64,000 nucleotides of DNA from Escherichia coli (GTDB lineage: Bacteria; Pseudomonadota; Gammaproteobacteria; Enterobacterales; Enterobacteriaceae). Every line of letters begins with the position of its first letter. Position 1 is the first letter of the stretch. Shown in pieces: positions 12,782-23,805 of this stretch. The stretch lies in assembly GCF_011045215.1 (NCBI RefSeq), contig NZ_CP049201.1, one strand, 5' to 3'. The notes under the pieces were generated by a model that had not been told where the DNA came from, made no database searches, and saw only the letters and a program-made list of their open reading frames with translations. The translations under genes were made by a program, and so were the position numbers.

Positions 12782-13729
12782 TTACAGACCGGTTAACCAG
12801 AAGACCCATGCAAGCGCAGCAAGGCTGAAGCCAAGCCAGGTCACATGGTGAATGAGTAAAAAACGCCCGCGTGCCAGCGTGTTTTCTGCGATAGAGGCCA
12901 GTACAAAAATCAGCAAAACCTTGAGCAGCGTAACGACAAGTGAAGTCAGCAGGCAGGCGAGAGAAAGTTCTTGCGCGCGCCCAAAGGGCAGAAACAGGGC
13001 CACAAACAGTGCTGCCATCACGACCTGTTTCAGCCCCAGCCCCCATTTCGCCAGCGCCAGCCCGGCACCGGAATATTCTGTCAGCGGGCCTTCCTGTACT
13101 TCCTGTTCTGCTTCAGCAACATCAAAGGGAATTTTTCCCATCTCAATGAAGCAGGCAAAACCACAGGCCAGTAACGCCAGTACGGTGGTTAGCGGCGAGT
13201 TCCAGCCCATCGCCAGCGTATTGCTGATCATCTCGATATGCGTGGAATCCGCTATCAGTGCCAATACCAGCAGTGAGAGAATGAGCATGGGTTCGACCAG
13301 AATGCCGAGCGTCAACTCGCGACTGGCACCGACTCCCGCAAACGGGCTTCCGGTATCCAGCCCGGAAAGAGCAAAGAAAAAACGAAACAGGGCAAGAAGA
13401 TAGATAAGGGTGATCAGATCGCCGCCGCCCGCAAAAGGGGAAACGGTAATAAATAGTGGTAGGGCCATCGCCAGCACCAGCATGCTGCTGATTAATACCC
13501 ACGGCATCAGGCGGAACATCAGACCTGAAGATGTCGGCGCAACTTCCTGGCGTTTAAACAGTTTGTGGATATCGCGATAATCCTGCCAGATCCCCGGTCC
13601 GCGGCGGGAGTGCATTCGCGCGCGTATCTGCCGGGAAATACCCGTAAAAAGTGGGGTTAGCATCAGCAGAATCACGGCCTGTGCTAACGCAAAAATGACC
13701 AGATATCCGTCGCACAGAGTTTGTCTCAT
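12782..13729 (-). CDS. hyfC: Hydrogenase-4 membrane subunit HyfC (NuoH-like)
   Basis: Track ORF 12782-13750; trimmed to ATG giving MRQTLCDGYLVIF... (315 aa). Confidence 0.8.
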   Translation of the reverse strand: MRQTLCDGYLVIFALAQAVILLMLTPLFTGISRQIRARMHSRRGPGIWQDYRDIHKLFKRQEVAPTSSGLMFRLMPWVLISSMLVLAMALPLFITVSPFAGGGDLITLIYLLALFRFFFALSGLDTGSPFAGVGASRELTLGILVEPMLILSLLVLALIADSTHIEMISNTLAMGWNSPLTTVLALLACGFACFIEMGKIPFDVAEAEQEVQEGPLTEYSGAGLALAKWGLGLKQVVMAALFVALFLPFGRAQELSLACLLTSLVVTLLKVLLIFVLASIAENTLARGRFLLIHHVTWLGFSLAALAWVFWLTGL

Positions 13730-13739
13730 GGTGATTTCC

Positions 13740-15758
13740 TTAGACGGCAATAGCGATTAGCAGCACAACCAGTGCGGCGACCACATACAGGCAATAGAGA
13801 CGAAAGTCGCCGCTTTGCAGATGCTGTATTTCTTTGGCCAGCCGTTGGGTGGCGCTCACGATGGGGCGGATCACCCGCTCATCCCAGAAGGGTTCTGTGC
13901 TCTGAGCCCTGGCGGTGACGTGCGCAAGACCTTTATTTAGCCTCAGCGTAGGGTCGAGCTGTTGTCGTAGACGAAATAGCGCAGAGAAGACCACACGCAG
14001 CGGCTGCATCACGCCATTGCCTGACGGGGCCATCGCATTTTCCCAGCCGTAGCCGCATGCCCAGGCATCTCCTGTGCGACGAAACGCTGCGCGGCGCGAA
14101 CGACACCACAGCCAGTAAAGGCCAGGCAGCAAAGGCATCGCCAGTAGTAACAGCAACAGTAATGAGGGAGTGACCCGTGTATGAAACGTGCCGGGTACAA
14201 GTGCTATTCCGCTGGCGACAGTGACGGGAGGGGTATCGGTAAACGCATGGGCAATATGCATTATCTTCGGTGCCAGCCAACTGGCACTAAGCGCAATTAA
14301 TACGCAGAGTGCCGCGAGCAGTAGCATGGCGACGATCATCGTATTTGGCACTTCCTGTGCCTCTTCAGCGTGTGTACTGCGCGGCGCACCACAGAAAGTA
14401 ATACCGTACATTTTTACGAAGCACATTACTGCCAGCCCACCAGTGACTGCCAGCATTACCATAGCAATAGGACCCGCAAGTTGTAGCGCTACGGCTTCCA
14501 CACGACTTAGTGAGAACAGCGACTGCCAGGTGTACCATTCGCTGATAAAACCATTCAGCGGAGGAATGGCTGATATCGCGAGGCAACCAATCAGGCATGC
14601 TGCGGCTGTCCACGGCATCCGTTTTGCCAGTGCCCCCATTTTTTCCATGTCGTGGGTATGCAAACGCGAAATAATCGCGCCCGCGCCGAGAAATAGCAGC
14701 CCTTTGAACAGCGCATGGTTGAGCAGATGAAACAGTGCGCCGAGCAGTCCAACCACGGTGAGCAGCGGGTCGTGCAGTGACAGACCGACCATCGCCACAC
14801 CGACTGCCAGCAAAATAATGCCGACGTTTTCGACGGTACTCCAGGCCAGCAGCCGTTTGATATCCTGTTCCGCCAGCGCATATAGCACGCCCAGGAGCGC
14901 GGAGATTGCGCCGATCGCCATCACCAGAATGCCCCACCACAGAGGCAAACCCGTTTGCGCCAGCAGATCCATCGCTACTTTCAGGATGCCGAAAATACCG
15001 ATTTTGACCATTACGCCAGACATCAACGCCGAAGCGTGCGATGGTGCGGCAGGGTGAGCGCGCGGCAACCAGCTGTGCAACGGCATCATCCCGGCTTTCG
15101 CGCCAAAACCGAAAAAGGCCAGCAGGAACACCGCCGACGCCAGCCCCGGAGAAAGTGAAAGCGTGCGGAAACTGGCAAAATCGAGGCTGCCGCTTTCGCG
15201 CCCCATCAGCAAGAAGGCGATCATAATCAGCACCGATCCGGCGTGGGCGATAAAAAAGTAGAGCATGCCAGCGTTGATTGACGTTTTATCCTGCCTGGCA
15301 ATGACCAGAAACCAGGAAGACAGCGACATCATTTCAAACAGCACGATGAACCAAAAAGCGTTGTCCATCACCAGCAGGGCAACCATCGATGCGATGAAAA
15401 GATTCATAAAGAAGCCCATCGCCGCCGCGCCTTTGCCCTCGTATTCGCGCATATAAGTCAATGAATAGAGCGAACAAACCACCACAAGCAAGGAGATAAC
15501 CAGCACCATAAATGCCGAGAGGCTATCTATTCGCAGGGTTAAATCGGCAAATTCAAAAGGGGTGGCAAAACGGGCGACTAAAGTTACGCCTGCATGTAAT
15601 TGCGTAATTCCGCTGATGATGCCAATCACGCCGCCCACCAGCGATGTGATGCCGGAAAGCTTAATAGCCAGTCTGTCCAGACCGAGTAAAAACAGCGAAG
15701 CCAGACTGGCAAACAGATAGAGGATCAGCGACCAGGTTAATAATTGCAGGGCATCCAT
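13740..15758 (-). CDS. hyfB: Hydrogenase-4 membrane subunit HyfB (NuoL-like)
   Basis: 672-aa polytopic membrane ORF. Confidence 0.85.
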   Translation of the reverse strand: MDALQLLTWSLILYLFASLASLFLLGLDRLAIKLSGITSLVGGVIGIISGITQLHAGVTLVARFATPFEFADLTLRIDSLSAFMVLVISLLVVVCSLYSLTYMREYEGKGAAAMGFFMNLFIASMVALLVMDNAFWFIVLFEMMSLSSWFLVIARQDKTSINAGMLYFFIAHAGSVLIMIAFLLMGRESGSLDFASFRTLSLSPGLASAVFLLAFFGFGAKAGMMPLHSWLPRAHPAAPSHASALMSGVMVKIGIFGILKVAMDLLAQTGLPLWWGILVMAIGAISALLGVLYALAEQDIKRLLAWSTVENVGIILLAVGVAMVGLSLHDPLLTVVGLLGALFHLLNHALFKGLLFLGAGAIISRLHTHDMEKMGALAKRMPWTAAACLIGCLAISAIPPLNGFISEWYTWQSLFSLSRVEAVALQLAGPIAMVMLAVTGGLAVMCFVKMYGITFCGAPRSTHAEEAQEVPNTMIVAMLLLAALCVLIALSASWLAPKIMHIAHAFTDTPPVTVASGIALVPGTFHTRVTPSLLLLLLLAMPLLPGLYWLWCRSRRAAFRRTGDAWACGYGWENAMAPSGNGVMQPLRVVFSALFRLRQQLDPTLRLNKGLAHVTARAQSTEPFWDERVIRPIVSATQRLAKEIQHLQSGDFRLYCLYVVAALVVLLIAIAV

Positions 15759-16375
15759 TAGCGTTGCTCCTGAGTGAGGGAAAGGGGATCCTCCCCGCCA
15801 TTGGCAAACCAGCTTGCGGCAAGGCGCTGTTTTTCTTTCATCTGGCGTTGCAGTCTATCGTCGGTGATCAGCCGTAACGCCTGATTCGGGCAAGCGCGAA
15901 CGCAGGCCGGACCTTCTGGCAAGAAATCACACAGGTCGCATTTCACCGCGACGGTCTGGACACCCGGTTCCCAGCGCAGCAAAGCATGTTGGGTTGGCGC
16001 GTTTTCTTCGCCGTCTTTGAGTGAGCCTTCAGCCTGAAAAACATATTGCGCAGGGGCATTCACCGGACGGCTTCCTGAAGCGCTGATTGCGCCAAATGGG
16101 CAGACCACGGCGCAAAGCTTGCAGCCAATACAGAGGCTTTCGTTGAGTTGGATCGCATCATCCCTCTGGGAGATGGCATTGACCGGGCAGACCTGCAGGC
16201 ACGGGGCTTCCTCACAGTGATGACACACGACAGGGGCAGTGAGTGTTGACGTCTTCGCCAGGGCCAGGCGCGGGTGTTGCTGTAAACCTTGCGTTTTATG
16301 CACGTCCGAACAGGCAGCGAGACAGGTATTACATCCTATACACCACAGTGGTTCGGCCACCACAAAGCGGTTCAT
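15758..16375 (-). CDS. hyfA: Hydrogenase-4 4Fe-4S ferredoxin subunit HyfA
   Basis: Track ORF 15758-16414 trimmed to MNRFVVAEPLWCIGCNTC (205 aa); multiple CxxCxxCxxxCP clusters. Confidence 0.85.
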   Translation of the reverse strand: MNRFVVAEPLWCIGCNTCLAACSDVHKTQGLQQHPRLALAKTSTLTAPVVCHHCEEAPCLQVCPVNAISQRDDAIQLNESLCIGCKLCAVVCPFGAISASGSRPVNAPAQYVFQAEGSLKDGEENAPTQHALLRWEPGVQTVAVKCDLCDFLPEGPACVRACPNQALRLITDDRLQRQMKEKQRLAASWFANGGEDPLSLTQEQR

Positions 16376-16412
16376 GTCGGCTCCTTGAAAATGATATGAA
16401 ACATTGCATTTC

Positions 16413-16430
16413 ATATTGCATAAAGGATGC
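16413..16430 (-). promoter_or_regulatory. Sigma54 (-24/-12) type promoter candidate for the hyf operon
   Basis: Minus strand reads TGGCATcctttATGCA (GG and GC elements at consensus spacing) about 40 nt upstream of hyfA ATG; operon ends with sigma54 activator hyfR. Confidence 0.5.
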
Positions 16431-16627
16431 CAGTATGATTAATTTAATATATTCAATAAGTTATGAATTAACTGGATTCTGAACGGTACAAAAATGATGG
16501 TCATTAACGTTCAGCAAAAAATGGATTCGACACCCGTGTCGCAGGGGAAAGCGAGAATGTGATCTTGATCACGATAAGTGAGGTGTGCTGACCGCAAGCG
16601 CAGCCAGCACGGAATGGAGCAAAGTAA

Positions 16628-17098
16628 TCAGGCGTGTTCTTTCAGCCAGTTCAGCACAACGTCGTGGTGATTGCTGGTTTTGAAATCGTCAAAGACATGT
16701 TCGATTTTGCCATCAGCGTCAATCAGGAAGCTGATGCGATGAATACCATCGTAGGTTTTGCCCATGAAGGACTTTTCACCCCAGACGCCGAATTGTTCGC
16801 ACACCTGGTGGTCCTCATCAGACAGGAGCGTAAAGTTAAGCAGCTCTTTTTCCGCAAAACGGGAGAGTTTTTCGGGTTTATCGGTGCTGATACCCAGCAC
16901 ATCAACGCCCGCTTTTTTCAACTCATCCATGTTATCGCGTAAGCCGCAGGCCTGTACGGTACAGCCGGGGGTCATGGCTTTCGGGTAGAAATAAACCAGA
17001 ACACGCTGTCCCTGGAAGTCGGTCAAATTAACTTGTTCTCCGTCTTGATCCGGCAAGCTAAATTTCGGTGCGATATCACCGGCTTTCAGTGGATTCAT
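16628..17098 (-). CDS. bcp: Thiol peroxidase Bcp (peroxiredoxin)
   Basis: 156-aa ORF with peroxiredoxin active-site context (FYPKAMTPGCT). Confidence 0.9.
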   Translation of the reverse strand: MNPLKAGDIAPKFSLPDQDGEQVNLTDFQGQRVLVYFYPKAMTPGCTVQACGLRDNMDELKKAGVDVLGISTDKPEKLSRFAEKELLNFTLLSDEDHQVCEQFGVWGEKSFMGKTYDGIHRISFLIDADGKIEHVFDDFKTSNHHDVVLNWLKEHA

Positions 17099-17670
17099 TA
17101 CTTAACTCCATCCTGTTCATCATGTTGGGAATAATTGACGACGTTAATACTGCCTTGTGCATTGAGTTCTGTACATAGGGCTTTGAACGCTTGCTCAATA
17201 TTTGCTGCGTCCGCAGATGCGGGGCTGTGGGCAGTAATCTGAATATGCAACTGCGCAGCCCGTTCATTTTCAGCAGGTTGTGTGCGCGACACCAGCTCCG
17301 CAATGTTCATATGATGCGCGTCGAAAAGTGCTGTGAAGCGTTCAATTAAATGCGGGGAGTCTGCCACATCGACCTGAACCCAGACAGATGCTGGCATTGG
17401 CGGACGCGGACGCGCCGTCGTGCGCTTCATCACGATTAAAAGATCCAGTTCTGCACCTTTCAACGGTAACGTTGATTCAATCAGAGTGATGGCATTCCAT
17501 GAACCGGAAAGCAGCATGATAAACGTGAACTCTTCTCCCAGCATCGCCAGGCGACTGTCTTCAATATTACAGCCGCAACTACTGACATGACGGGTGATGG
17601 TGTTCACAATTCCAGGGCGATCGGCACCCAACGCAGTGATCACCAGATAATGTTGCGATGACAGTGTCAA
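17098..17670 (-). CDS. gcvR: Glycine cleavage system transcriptional repressor GcvR
   Basis: Track ORF 17098-17736; start trimmed to TTG at 17670 giving (M)TLSSQHYLVITALGADRPG, 190 aa; two ACT-like domains. Confidence 0.8.
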   Translation of the reverse strand: MTLSSQHYLVITALGADRPGIVNTITRHVSSCGCNIEDSRLAMLGEEFTFIMLLSGSWNAITLIESTLPLKGAELDLLIVMKRTTARPRPPMPASVWVQVDVADSPHLIERFTALFDAHHMNIAELVSRTQPAENERAAQLHIQITAHSPASADAANIEQAFKALCTELNAQGSINVVNYSQHDEQDGVK

Positions 17671-17815
17671 ACTGGTTATTCCTTTAAGGGGTGAGTTGTT
17701 CTTAAGGAAAGCATAAAAAAAACATGCATACAACAATCAGAACGGTTCTGTCTGCTTGCTTTTAATGCCATACCAAACGTACCATTGAGACACTTGTTTG
17801 CACAGAGGATGGCCC

Positions 17816-18694
17816 ATGTTCACGGGAAGTATTGTCGCGATTGTTACTCCGATGGATGAAAAAGGTAATGTCTGTCGGGCTAGCTTGAAAAAACTGATTG
17901 ATTATCATGTCGCCAGCGGTACTTCGGCGATCGTTTCTGTTGGCACCACTGGCGAGTCCGCTACCTTAAATCATGACGAACATGCTGATGTGGTGATGAT
18001 GACGCTGGAGCTGGCTGACGGGCGCATTCCGGTGATTGCCGGGACCGGTGCTAACGCTACTGCGGAAGCCATTAGCCTGACGCAGCGCTTCAATGACAGT
18101 GGTATCGTCGGCTGCCTGACGGTAACCCCTTACTACAATCGTCCGTCGCAAGAAGGTTTGTATCAGCATTTCAAAGCCATCGCTGAGCATACTGACCTGC
18201 CGCAAATTCTGTATAATGTGCCGTCTCGTACTGGCTGCGATCTGCTCCCGGAAACGGTGGGCCGTCTGGCGAAAGTAAAAAATATTATCGGAATCAAAGA
18301 GGCAACAGGGAACTTAACGCGTGTAAACCAGATCAAAGAGCTGGTTTCAGATGATTTTGTTCTGCTGAGCGGCGATGATGCGAGCGCGCTGGACTTCATG
18401 CAATTAGGCGGTCATGGGGTTATTTCCGTTACGGCTAACGTCGCAGCGCGTGATATGGCCCAGATGTGCAAACTGGCAGCAGAAGGGCATTTTGCCGAGG
18501 CACGCGTTATTAATCAGCGTCTGATGCCATTACACAACAAACTATTTGTCGAACCCAATCCAATCCCGGTGAAATGGGCATGTAAGGAACTGGGTCTTGT
18601 GGCGACCGATACGCTGCGCCTGCCAATGACACCAATCACCGACAGTGGTCGTGAGACGGTCAGAGCGGCGCTTAAGCATGCCGGTTTGCTGTAA
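17816..18694 (+). CDS. dapA: 4-hydroxy-tetrahydrodipicolinate synthase DapA
   Basis: ATG at 17816 gives [19 protein letters not shown], 292 aa. Confidence 0.9.
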   Translation: MFTGSIVAIVTPMDEKGNVCRASLKKLIDYHVASGTSAIVSVGTTGESATLNHDEHADVVMMTLELADGRIPVIAGTGANATAEAISLTQRFNDSGIVGCLTVTPYYNRPSQEGLYQHFKAIAEHTDLPQILYNVPSRTGCDLLPETVGRLAKVKNIIGIKEATGNLTRVNQIKELVSDDFVLLSGDDASALDFMQLGGHGVISVTANVAARDMAQMCKLAAEGHFAEARVINQRLMPLHNKLFVEPNPIPVKWACKELGLVATDTLRLPMTPITDSGRETVRAALKHAGLL

Positions 18695-18710
18695 AGTTTA
18701 GGGAGATTTG

Positions 18711-19745
18711 ATGGCTTACTCTGTTCAAAAGTCGCGCCTGGCAAAGGTTGCGGGTGTTTCGCTTATTTTATTACTCGCTGCCTGTAGTTCTGACTCACGC
18801 TATAAGCGTCAGGTCAGTGGTGATGAAGCCTACCTGGAAGCGGCACCGCTTGCGGAGCTTCATGCCCCGGCTGGAATGATTTTGCCGGTGACCTCCGGTG
18901 ATTATGCAATCCCGGTGACCAACGGTAGTGGTGCTGTCGGTAAGGCGCTGGACATTCGTCCACCAGCCCAGCCGCTGGCACTGGTTTCTGGCGCGCGTAC
19001 CCAGTTCACGGGCGATACCGCTTCATTGCTGGTGGAAAATGGTCGTGGCAATACTCTGTGGCCGCAGGTGGTTAGCGTGCTGCAGGCGAAAAACTACACC
19101 ATCACCCAACGTGATGATGCTGGTCAGACACTGACCACCGATTGGGTACAATGGAACCGTCTGGACGAAGACGAGCAGTATCGTGGTCGTTATCAAATCT
19201 CTGTTAAGCCGCAGGGTTATCAGCAGGCGGTTACGGTTAAACTGTTGAACCTGGAACAGGCGGGCAAACCGGTTGCAGACGCGGCTTCCATGCAGCGTTA
19301 CAGCACGGAGATGATGAACGTTATTTCCGCCGGTCTGGATAAATCTGCCACTGACGCCGCGAACGCTGCGCAAAATCGTGCCTCCACCACTATGGACGTA
19401 CAAAGTGCAGCTGATGACACCGGTTTACCAATGCTGGTCGTACGCGGGCCGTTCAATGTGGTTTGGCAACGTCTGCCAGCGGCGCTGGAAAAAGTGGGCA
19501 TGAAAGTGACCGACAGCACCCGTTCGCAGGGCAACATGGCCGTAACTTATAAGCCGCTGTCTGACAGCGACTGGCAGGAACTGGGCGCGAGCGATCCAGG
19601 CCTGGCATCCGGTGACTATAAACTGCAGGTTGGCGATTTAGATAACCGCAGCAGCCTACAGTTCATCGATCCGAAAGGTCATACTCTGACTCAGAGTCAG
19701 AACGACGCGCTGGTAGCTGTCTTCCAGGCTGCGTTTAGCAAGTAA
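18711..19745 (+). CDS. bamC: Outer-membrane protein assembly lipoprotein BamC (NlpB)
   Basis: [27 protein letters not shown] lipobox signal; 344 aa; immediately downstream of dapA. Confidence 0.85.
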   Translation: MAYSVQKSRLAKVAGVSLILLLAACSSDSRYKRQVSGDEAYLEAAPLAELHAPAGMILPVTSGDYAIPVTNGSGAVGKALDIRPPAQPLALVSGARTQFTGDTASLLVENGRGNTLWPQVVSVLQAKNYTITQRDDAGQTLTTDWVQWNRLDEDEQYRGRYQISVKPQGYQQAVTVKLLNLEQAGKPVADAASMQRYSTEMMNVISAGLDKSATDAANAAQNRASTTMDVQSAADDTGLPMLVVRGPFNVVWQRLPAALEKVGMKVTDSTRSQGNMAVTYKPLSDSDWQELGASDPGLASGDYKLQVGDLDNRSSLQFIDPKGHTLTQSQNDALVAVFQAAFSK

Positions 19746-19848
19746 AAATACAGGGCTGGAATCATCCGGCCCTTTTTTCTGATATGATACGCAAACGTGT
19801 GCGTCGGCAGGAAAACGCGATTTTAGCGGTAATTCGCACGAAATTTGT

Positions 19849-19895
<47 letters not shown>

Positions 19896-19957
19896 CATCC
19901 GGCACACCAGACAGCAAAAGATTTTAAAACGTTAATTCACACCCAGGAGTGATAAAG

Positions 19958-20671
19958 ATGCAAAAGCAAGCTGAGTTGTATCGTGGTAAAGCGAAAACCG
20001 TATACAGCACGGAAAACCCGGACCTGTTGGTGCTCGAATTCCGCAATGATACGTCAGCAGGGGATGGCGCGCGCATTGAGCAGTTTGATCGCAAAGGTAT
20101 GGTGAACAACAAGTTCAACTACTTCATTATGAGCAAACTGGCTGAAGCGGGTATCCCGACTCAAATGGAGCGTCTGCTCTCCGATACCGAATGTCTGGTG
20201 AAAAAGCTGGATATGGTACCGGTTGAGTGTGTCGTGCGTAACCGTGCTGCGGGCTCTCTGGTGAAACGTCTTGGAATCGAAGAAGGTATTGAGCTGAACC
20301 CGCCGCTGTTCGATCTGTTTCTGAAAAACGACGCCATGCACGATCCGATGGTCAACGAATCTTACTGCGAAACCTTTGGCTGGGTAAGCAAAGAGAACCT
20401 GGCGCGTATGAAAGAGCTGACCTACAAAGCGAACGACGTGCTGAAAAAACTGTTCGATGATGCTGGTCTGATTCTGGTCGACTTCAAGCTGGAGTTTGGT
20501 CTGTACAAAGGTGAAGTGGTACTGGGCGATGAGTTCTCCCCGGACGGCAGCCGCCTGTGGGACAAAGAAACGCTGGAGAAAATGGACAAAGACCGTTTCC
20601 GCCAGAGCCTCGGTGGCCTGATCGAGGCCTATGAAGCCGTCGCCCGCCGCCTGGGTGTACAGCTGGACTGA
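19958..20671 (+). CDS. purC: SAICAR synthetase PurC
   Basis: ATG at 19958 gives [28 protein letters not shown], 237 aa. Confidence 0.9.
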
Positions 20672-20838
20672 TTTTTCTGTTCATCATCTTGCCGTGCTGC
20701 TGGCACGGCAAGACAACCATTCTCGTAAGATGTGCATTGAACGCTCATTCCTCCGCCATTTCATCCCGCTTTCCTGTGGTAATCTTCCTCTGAACCACCT
20801 ACGATCATTTCTATAATGAATATATTGTTGAGGTATCT

Positions 20839-21702
20839 ATGCGTTGGCAAGGGCGACGTGAAAGTGACAATGTTGAAGACAGGCGCAACAGCTCTGGTGG
20901 TCCGTCTATGGGCGGTCCCGGTTTTCGCCTGCCGAGCGGTAAAGGCGGGCTGATTTTACTGATAGTCGTGCTGGTTGCAGGCTACTATGGCGTTGATTTA
21001 ACCGGGTTGATGACCGGGCAGCCGGTTTCTCAACAGCAATCAACGCGGTCAATTAGCCCAAATGAAGACGAAGCCGCAAAATTCACCTCGGTGATTCTGG
21101 CAACCACGGAAGACACCTGGGGACAACAGTTCGAGAAGATGGGTAAGACCTATCAGCAACCGAAGCTGGTCATGTACCGTGGAATGACGCGTACCGGATG
21201 CGGGGCGGGCCAGTCCATAATGGGGCCGTTCTATTGCCCGGCGGATGGCACGGTTTATATCGATCTCTCCTTCTATGATGACATGAAAGACAAACTTGGC
21301 GCGGATGGCGATTTTGCCCAGGGGTACGTTATCGCCCATGAAGTCGGTCATCATGTGCAGAAACTGTTAGGCATCGAGCCGAAAGTTCGTCAACTGCAAC
21401 AAAACGCGACGCAGGCGGAAGTGAACCGCTTATCTGTGCGTATGGAACTCCAGGCCGACTGTTTTGCCGGTGTCTGGGGGCATAGTATGCAGCAGCAAGG
21501 CGTTCTGGAAACCGGCGATCTGGAAGAGGCGCTGAACGCGGCGCAGGCCATCGGCGATGACCGTTTACAACAGCAAAGTCAGGGGCGAGTAGTACCAGAC
21601 AGTTTCACTCATGGCACTTCTCAGCAACGCTACAGCTGGTTTAAACGTGGTTTCGACAGCGGCGATCCGGCACAATGCAATACTTTTGGTAAAAGCATTT
21701 AA
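20839..21702 (+). CDS. ypfJ: Putative zinc metalloprotease YpfJ
   Basis: 287-aa ORF with N-terminal TM segment and HExxH motif ([10 protein letters not shown]). Confidence 0.8.
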
Positions 21703-21716
21703 CTTCCGGGGCAGGG

Positions 21717-23732
21717 ATGGCTGAACTGACTGCGCTTCATACATTAACAGCGCAAATGAAACGTGAAGGGATCCGCCGCTTGCTGGTGTTGAGCGGGGAA
21801 GAGGGTTGGTGTTTTGATCATGCGCTTAAGTTACGTGGTGCCTTACCTGGCGACTGGCTGTGGATTTCGCCGCAGCCAGATGCTGAAAACCACTGTTCTC
21901 CCTCGGCACTACAAACTTTACTTGGGCGCGAGTTCCGGCATGCGGTATTCGACGCCCGCCACGGCTTTGATGCCGCTGCCTTTGCCGCACTTAGCGGAAC
22001 GTTGAAAGCGGGAAGCTGGCTGGTTTTGTTACTCCCTGTATGGGAAGAGTGGGAAAACCAACCTGATGCCGACTCGCTGCGCTGGAGTGATTGCCCTGAC
22101 CCTATTGCGACGCCGCATTTTGTCCAGCATTTCAAACGCGTACTTACGGCGGATAACGACGCTATCCTCTGGCGGCAAAACCAGCCGTTCTCGTTGGCGC
22201 ATTTTACTCCCCGTACTGACTGGCACCCCGCGACCGGCGCACCACAACCAGAACAACAGCAACTCTTACAGCAGCTACTGACCATGCCGTCGGGCGTGGC
22301 AGCGGTAACTGCTGCGCGTGGGCGCGGTAAATCGGCGCTGGCAGGGCAACTCATTTCTCGTATTGCGGGTAGTGCGATTGTCACTGCGCCCGCAAAAGCG
22401 GCAACGGATGTACTGGCACAATTTGCGGGCGAGAAGTTTCGCTTTATTGCGCCGGATGCCTTGTTAGCCAGCGATGAGCAAGCCGACTGGCTGGTGGTCG
22501 ACGAAGCCGCAGCCATACCTGCGCCGTTGTTGCATCAACTGGTATCGCGTTTTCCTCGAACGTTGTTAACCACTACGGTGCAGGGCTACGAAGGCACCGG
22601 ACGTGGTTTTTTGCTGAAATTTTGCGCTCGCTTTCCGCATTTACACCGTTTTGAACTGCAACAGCCGATCCGCTGGGCACAGGGATGCCCGCTGGAAAAA
22701 ATGGTTAGTAATGCACTGGTTTTTGACGATGAAAACTTCACCCATACACCGCAAGGCAATATTGTCATTTCCGCATTTGAACAGACGTTATGGCGAATCG
22801 AGCCAGAAACGCCGTTAAAGGTTTATCAGTTATTGTCTGGTGCGCACTACCGGACTTCGCCGCTGGATTTACGCCGCATGATGGATGCACCAGGGCAACA
22901 TTTTTTACAGGCGGCTGGCGAAAACGAGATTGCCGGAGCGCTGTGGCTGGTGGATGAGGGTGGATTATCTCAAGAACTCAGTCAGGCGGTATGGGCAGGT
23001 TTTCGTCGCCCGCGGGGTAATCTGGTGGCCCAGTCGCTGGCGGCGCACGGCAGCAATCCACTGGCGGCGACATTGCGTGGACGGCGGGTCAGCCGGATAG
23101 CAGTTCATCCGGCTCGTCAGCGGGAAGGCACAGGGCGGCAACTTATTGCTGGTGCTTTGCAATATATGCAAGACCTCGACTATCTTTCGGTAAGTTTTGG
23201 TTACACCGGGGAGTTATGGCGTTTCTGGCAACGCTGCGGTTTTGTGCTGGTGCGAATGGGTAATCATCGTGAAGCCAGCAGCGGTTGCTATACGGCGATG
23301 GCGCTGTTACCGATGAGTGATGCGGGTAAACAGCTGGCTGAACGTGAGCATTACCGTTTACGTCGCGATGCGCAAGCTCTCGCGCAGTGGAATGGCGAAA
23401 TGCTTCCTGTTGATCCACTAAACGATATCGTGCTTTCTGACGACGACTGGCTTGAACTGGCCGGTTTTGCTTTCGCTCATCGTCCGCTATTAACGTCGTT
23501 AGGTTGCTTATTGCGTCTGCTACAAACCAGTGAACTGGCATTACCGGCGCTGCGTGGGCGTTTACAGAAAAACGCCAGTGACGCGCAGTTATGTACCACA
23601 CTTAAACTTTCAGGCCGCAAGATGTTACTGGTCCGTCAGCGGGAAGAGGCCGCGCAGGCGCTGTTCGCACTTAATGATGTTCGCACTGAGCGTCTGCGCG
23701 ATCGCATAACGCAATGGCAATTTTTTCACTGA
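21717..23732 (+). CDS. tmcA: tRNA(Met) cytidine acetyltransferase TmcA (YpfI)
   Basis: 671-aa ORF with P-loop region (TAARGRGKSALAG) and a C-terminal GNAT-like region. Confidence 0.85.
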   Translation: MAELTALHTLTAQMKREGIRRLLVLSGEEGWCFDHALKLRGALPGDWLWISPQPDAENHCSPSALQTLLGREFRHAVFDARHGFDAAAFAALSGTLKAGSWLVLLLPVWEEWENQPDADSLRWSDCPDPIATPHFVQHFKRVLTADNDAILWRQNQPFSLAHFTPRTDWHPATGAPQPEQQQLLQQLLTMPSGVAAVTAARGRGKSALAGQLISRIAGSAIVTAPAKAATDVLAQFAGEKFRFIAPDALLASDEQADWLVVDEAAAIPAPLLHQLVSRFPRTLLTTTVQGYEGTGRGFLLKFCARFPHLHRFELQQPIRWAQGCPLEKMVSNALVFDDENFTHTPQGNIVISAFEQTLWRIEPETPLKVYQLLSGAHYRTSPLDLRRMMDAPGQHFLQAAGENEIAGALWLVDEGGLSQELSQAVWAGFRRPRGNLVAQSLAAHGSNPLAATLRGRRVSRIAVHPARQREGTGRQLIAGALQYMQDLDYLSVSFGYTGELWRFWQRCGFVLVRMGNHREASSGCYTAMALLPMSDAGKQLAEREHYRLRRDAQALAQWNGEMLPVDPLNDIVLSDDDWLELAGFAFAHRPLLTSLGCLLRLLQTSELALPALRGRLQKNASDAQLCTTLKLSGRKMLLVRQREEAAQALFALNDVRTERLRDRITQWQFFH

Positions 23733-23805
23733 CTCCTTCAATTTTCTCCCATGGTCATTGTGAGTCAGCGGCGTAAAATTAATGACATCAGTTAAGGAGT
23801 TCGCC

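Noticed and set aside
3544-16482. Numerous plus-strand track ORFs inside the hyf operon (e.g. 4590-5042, 7612-8244, 12852-13403, 14188-14730)
   Set aside because: Antisense to long, well-supported minus-strand genes with recognisable motifs; typical GC-rich antisense open frames
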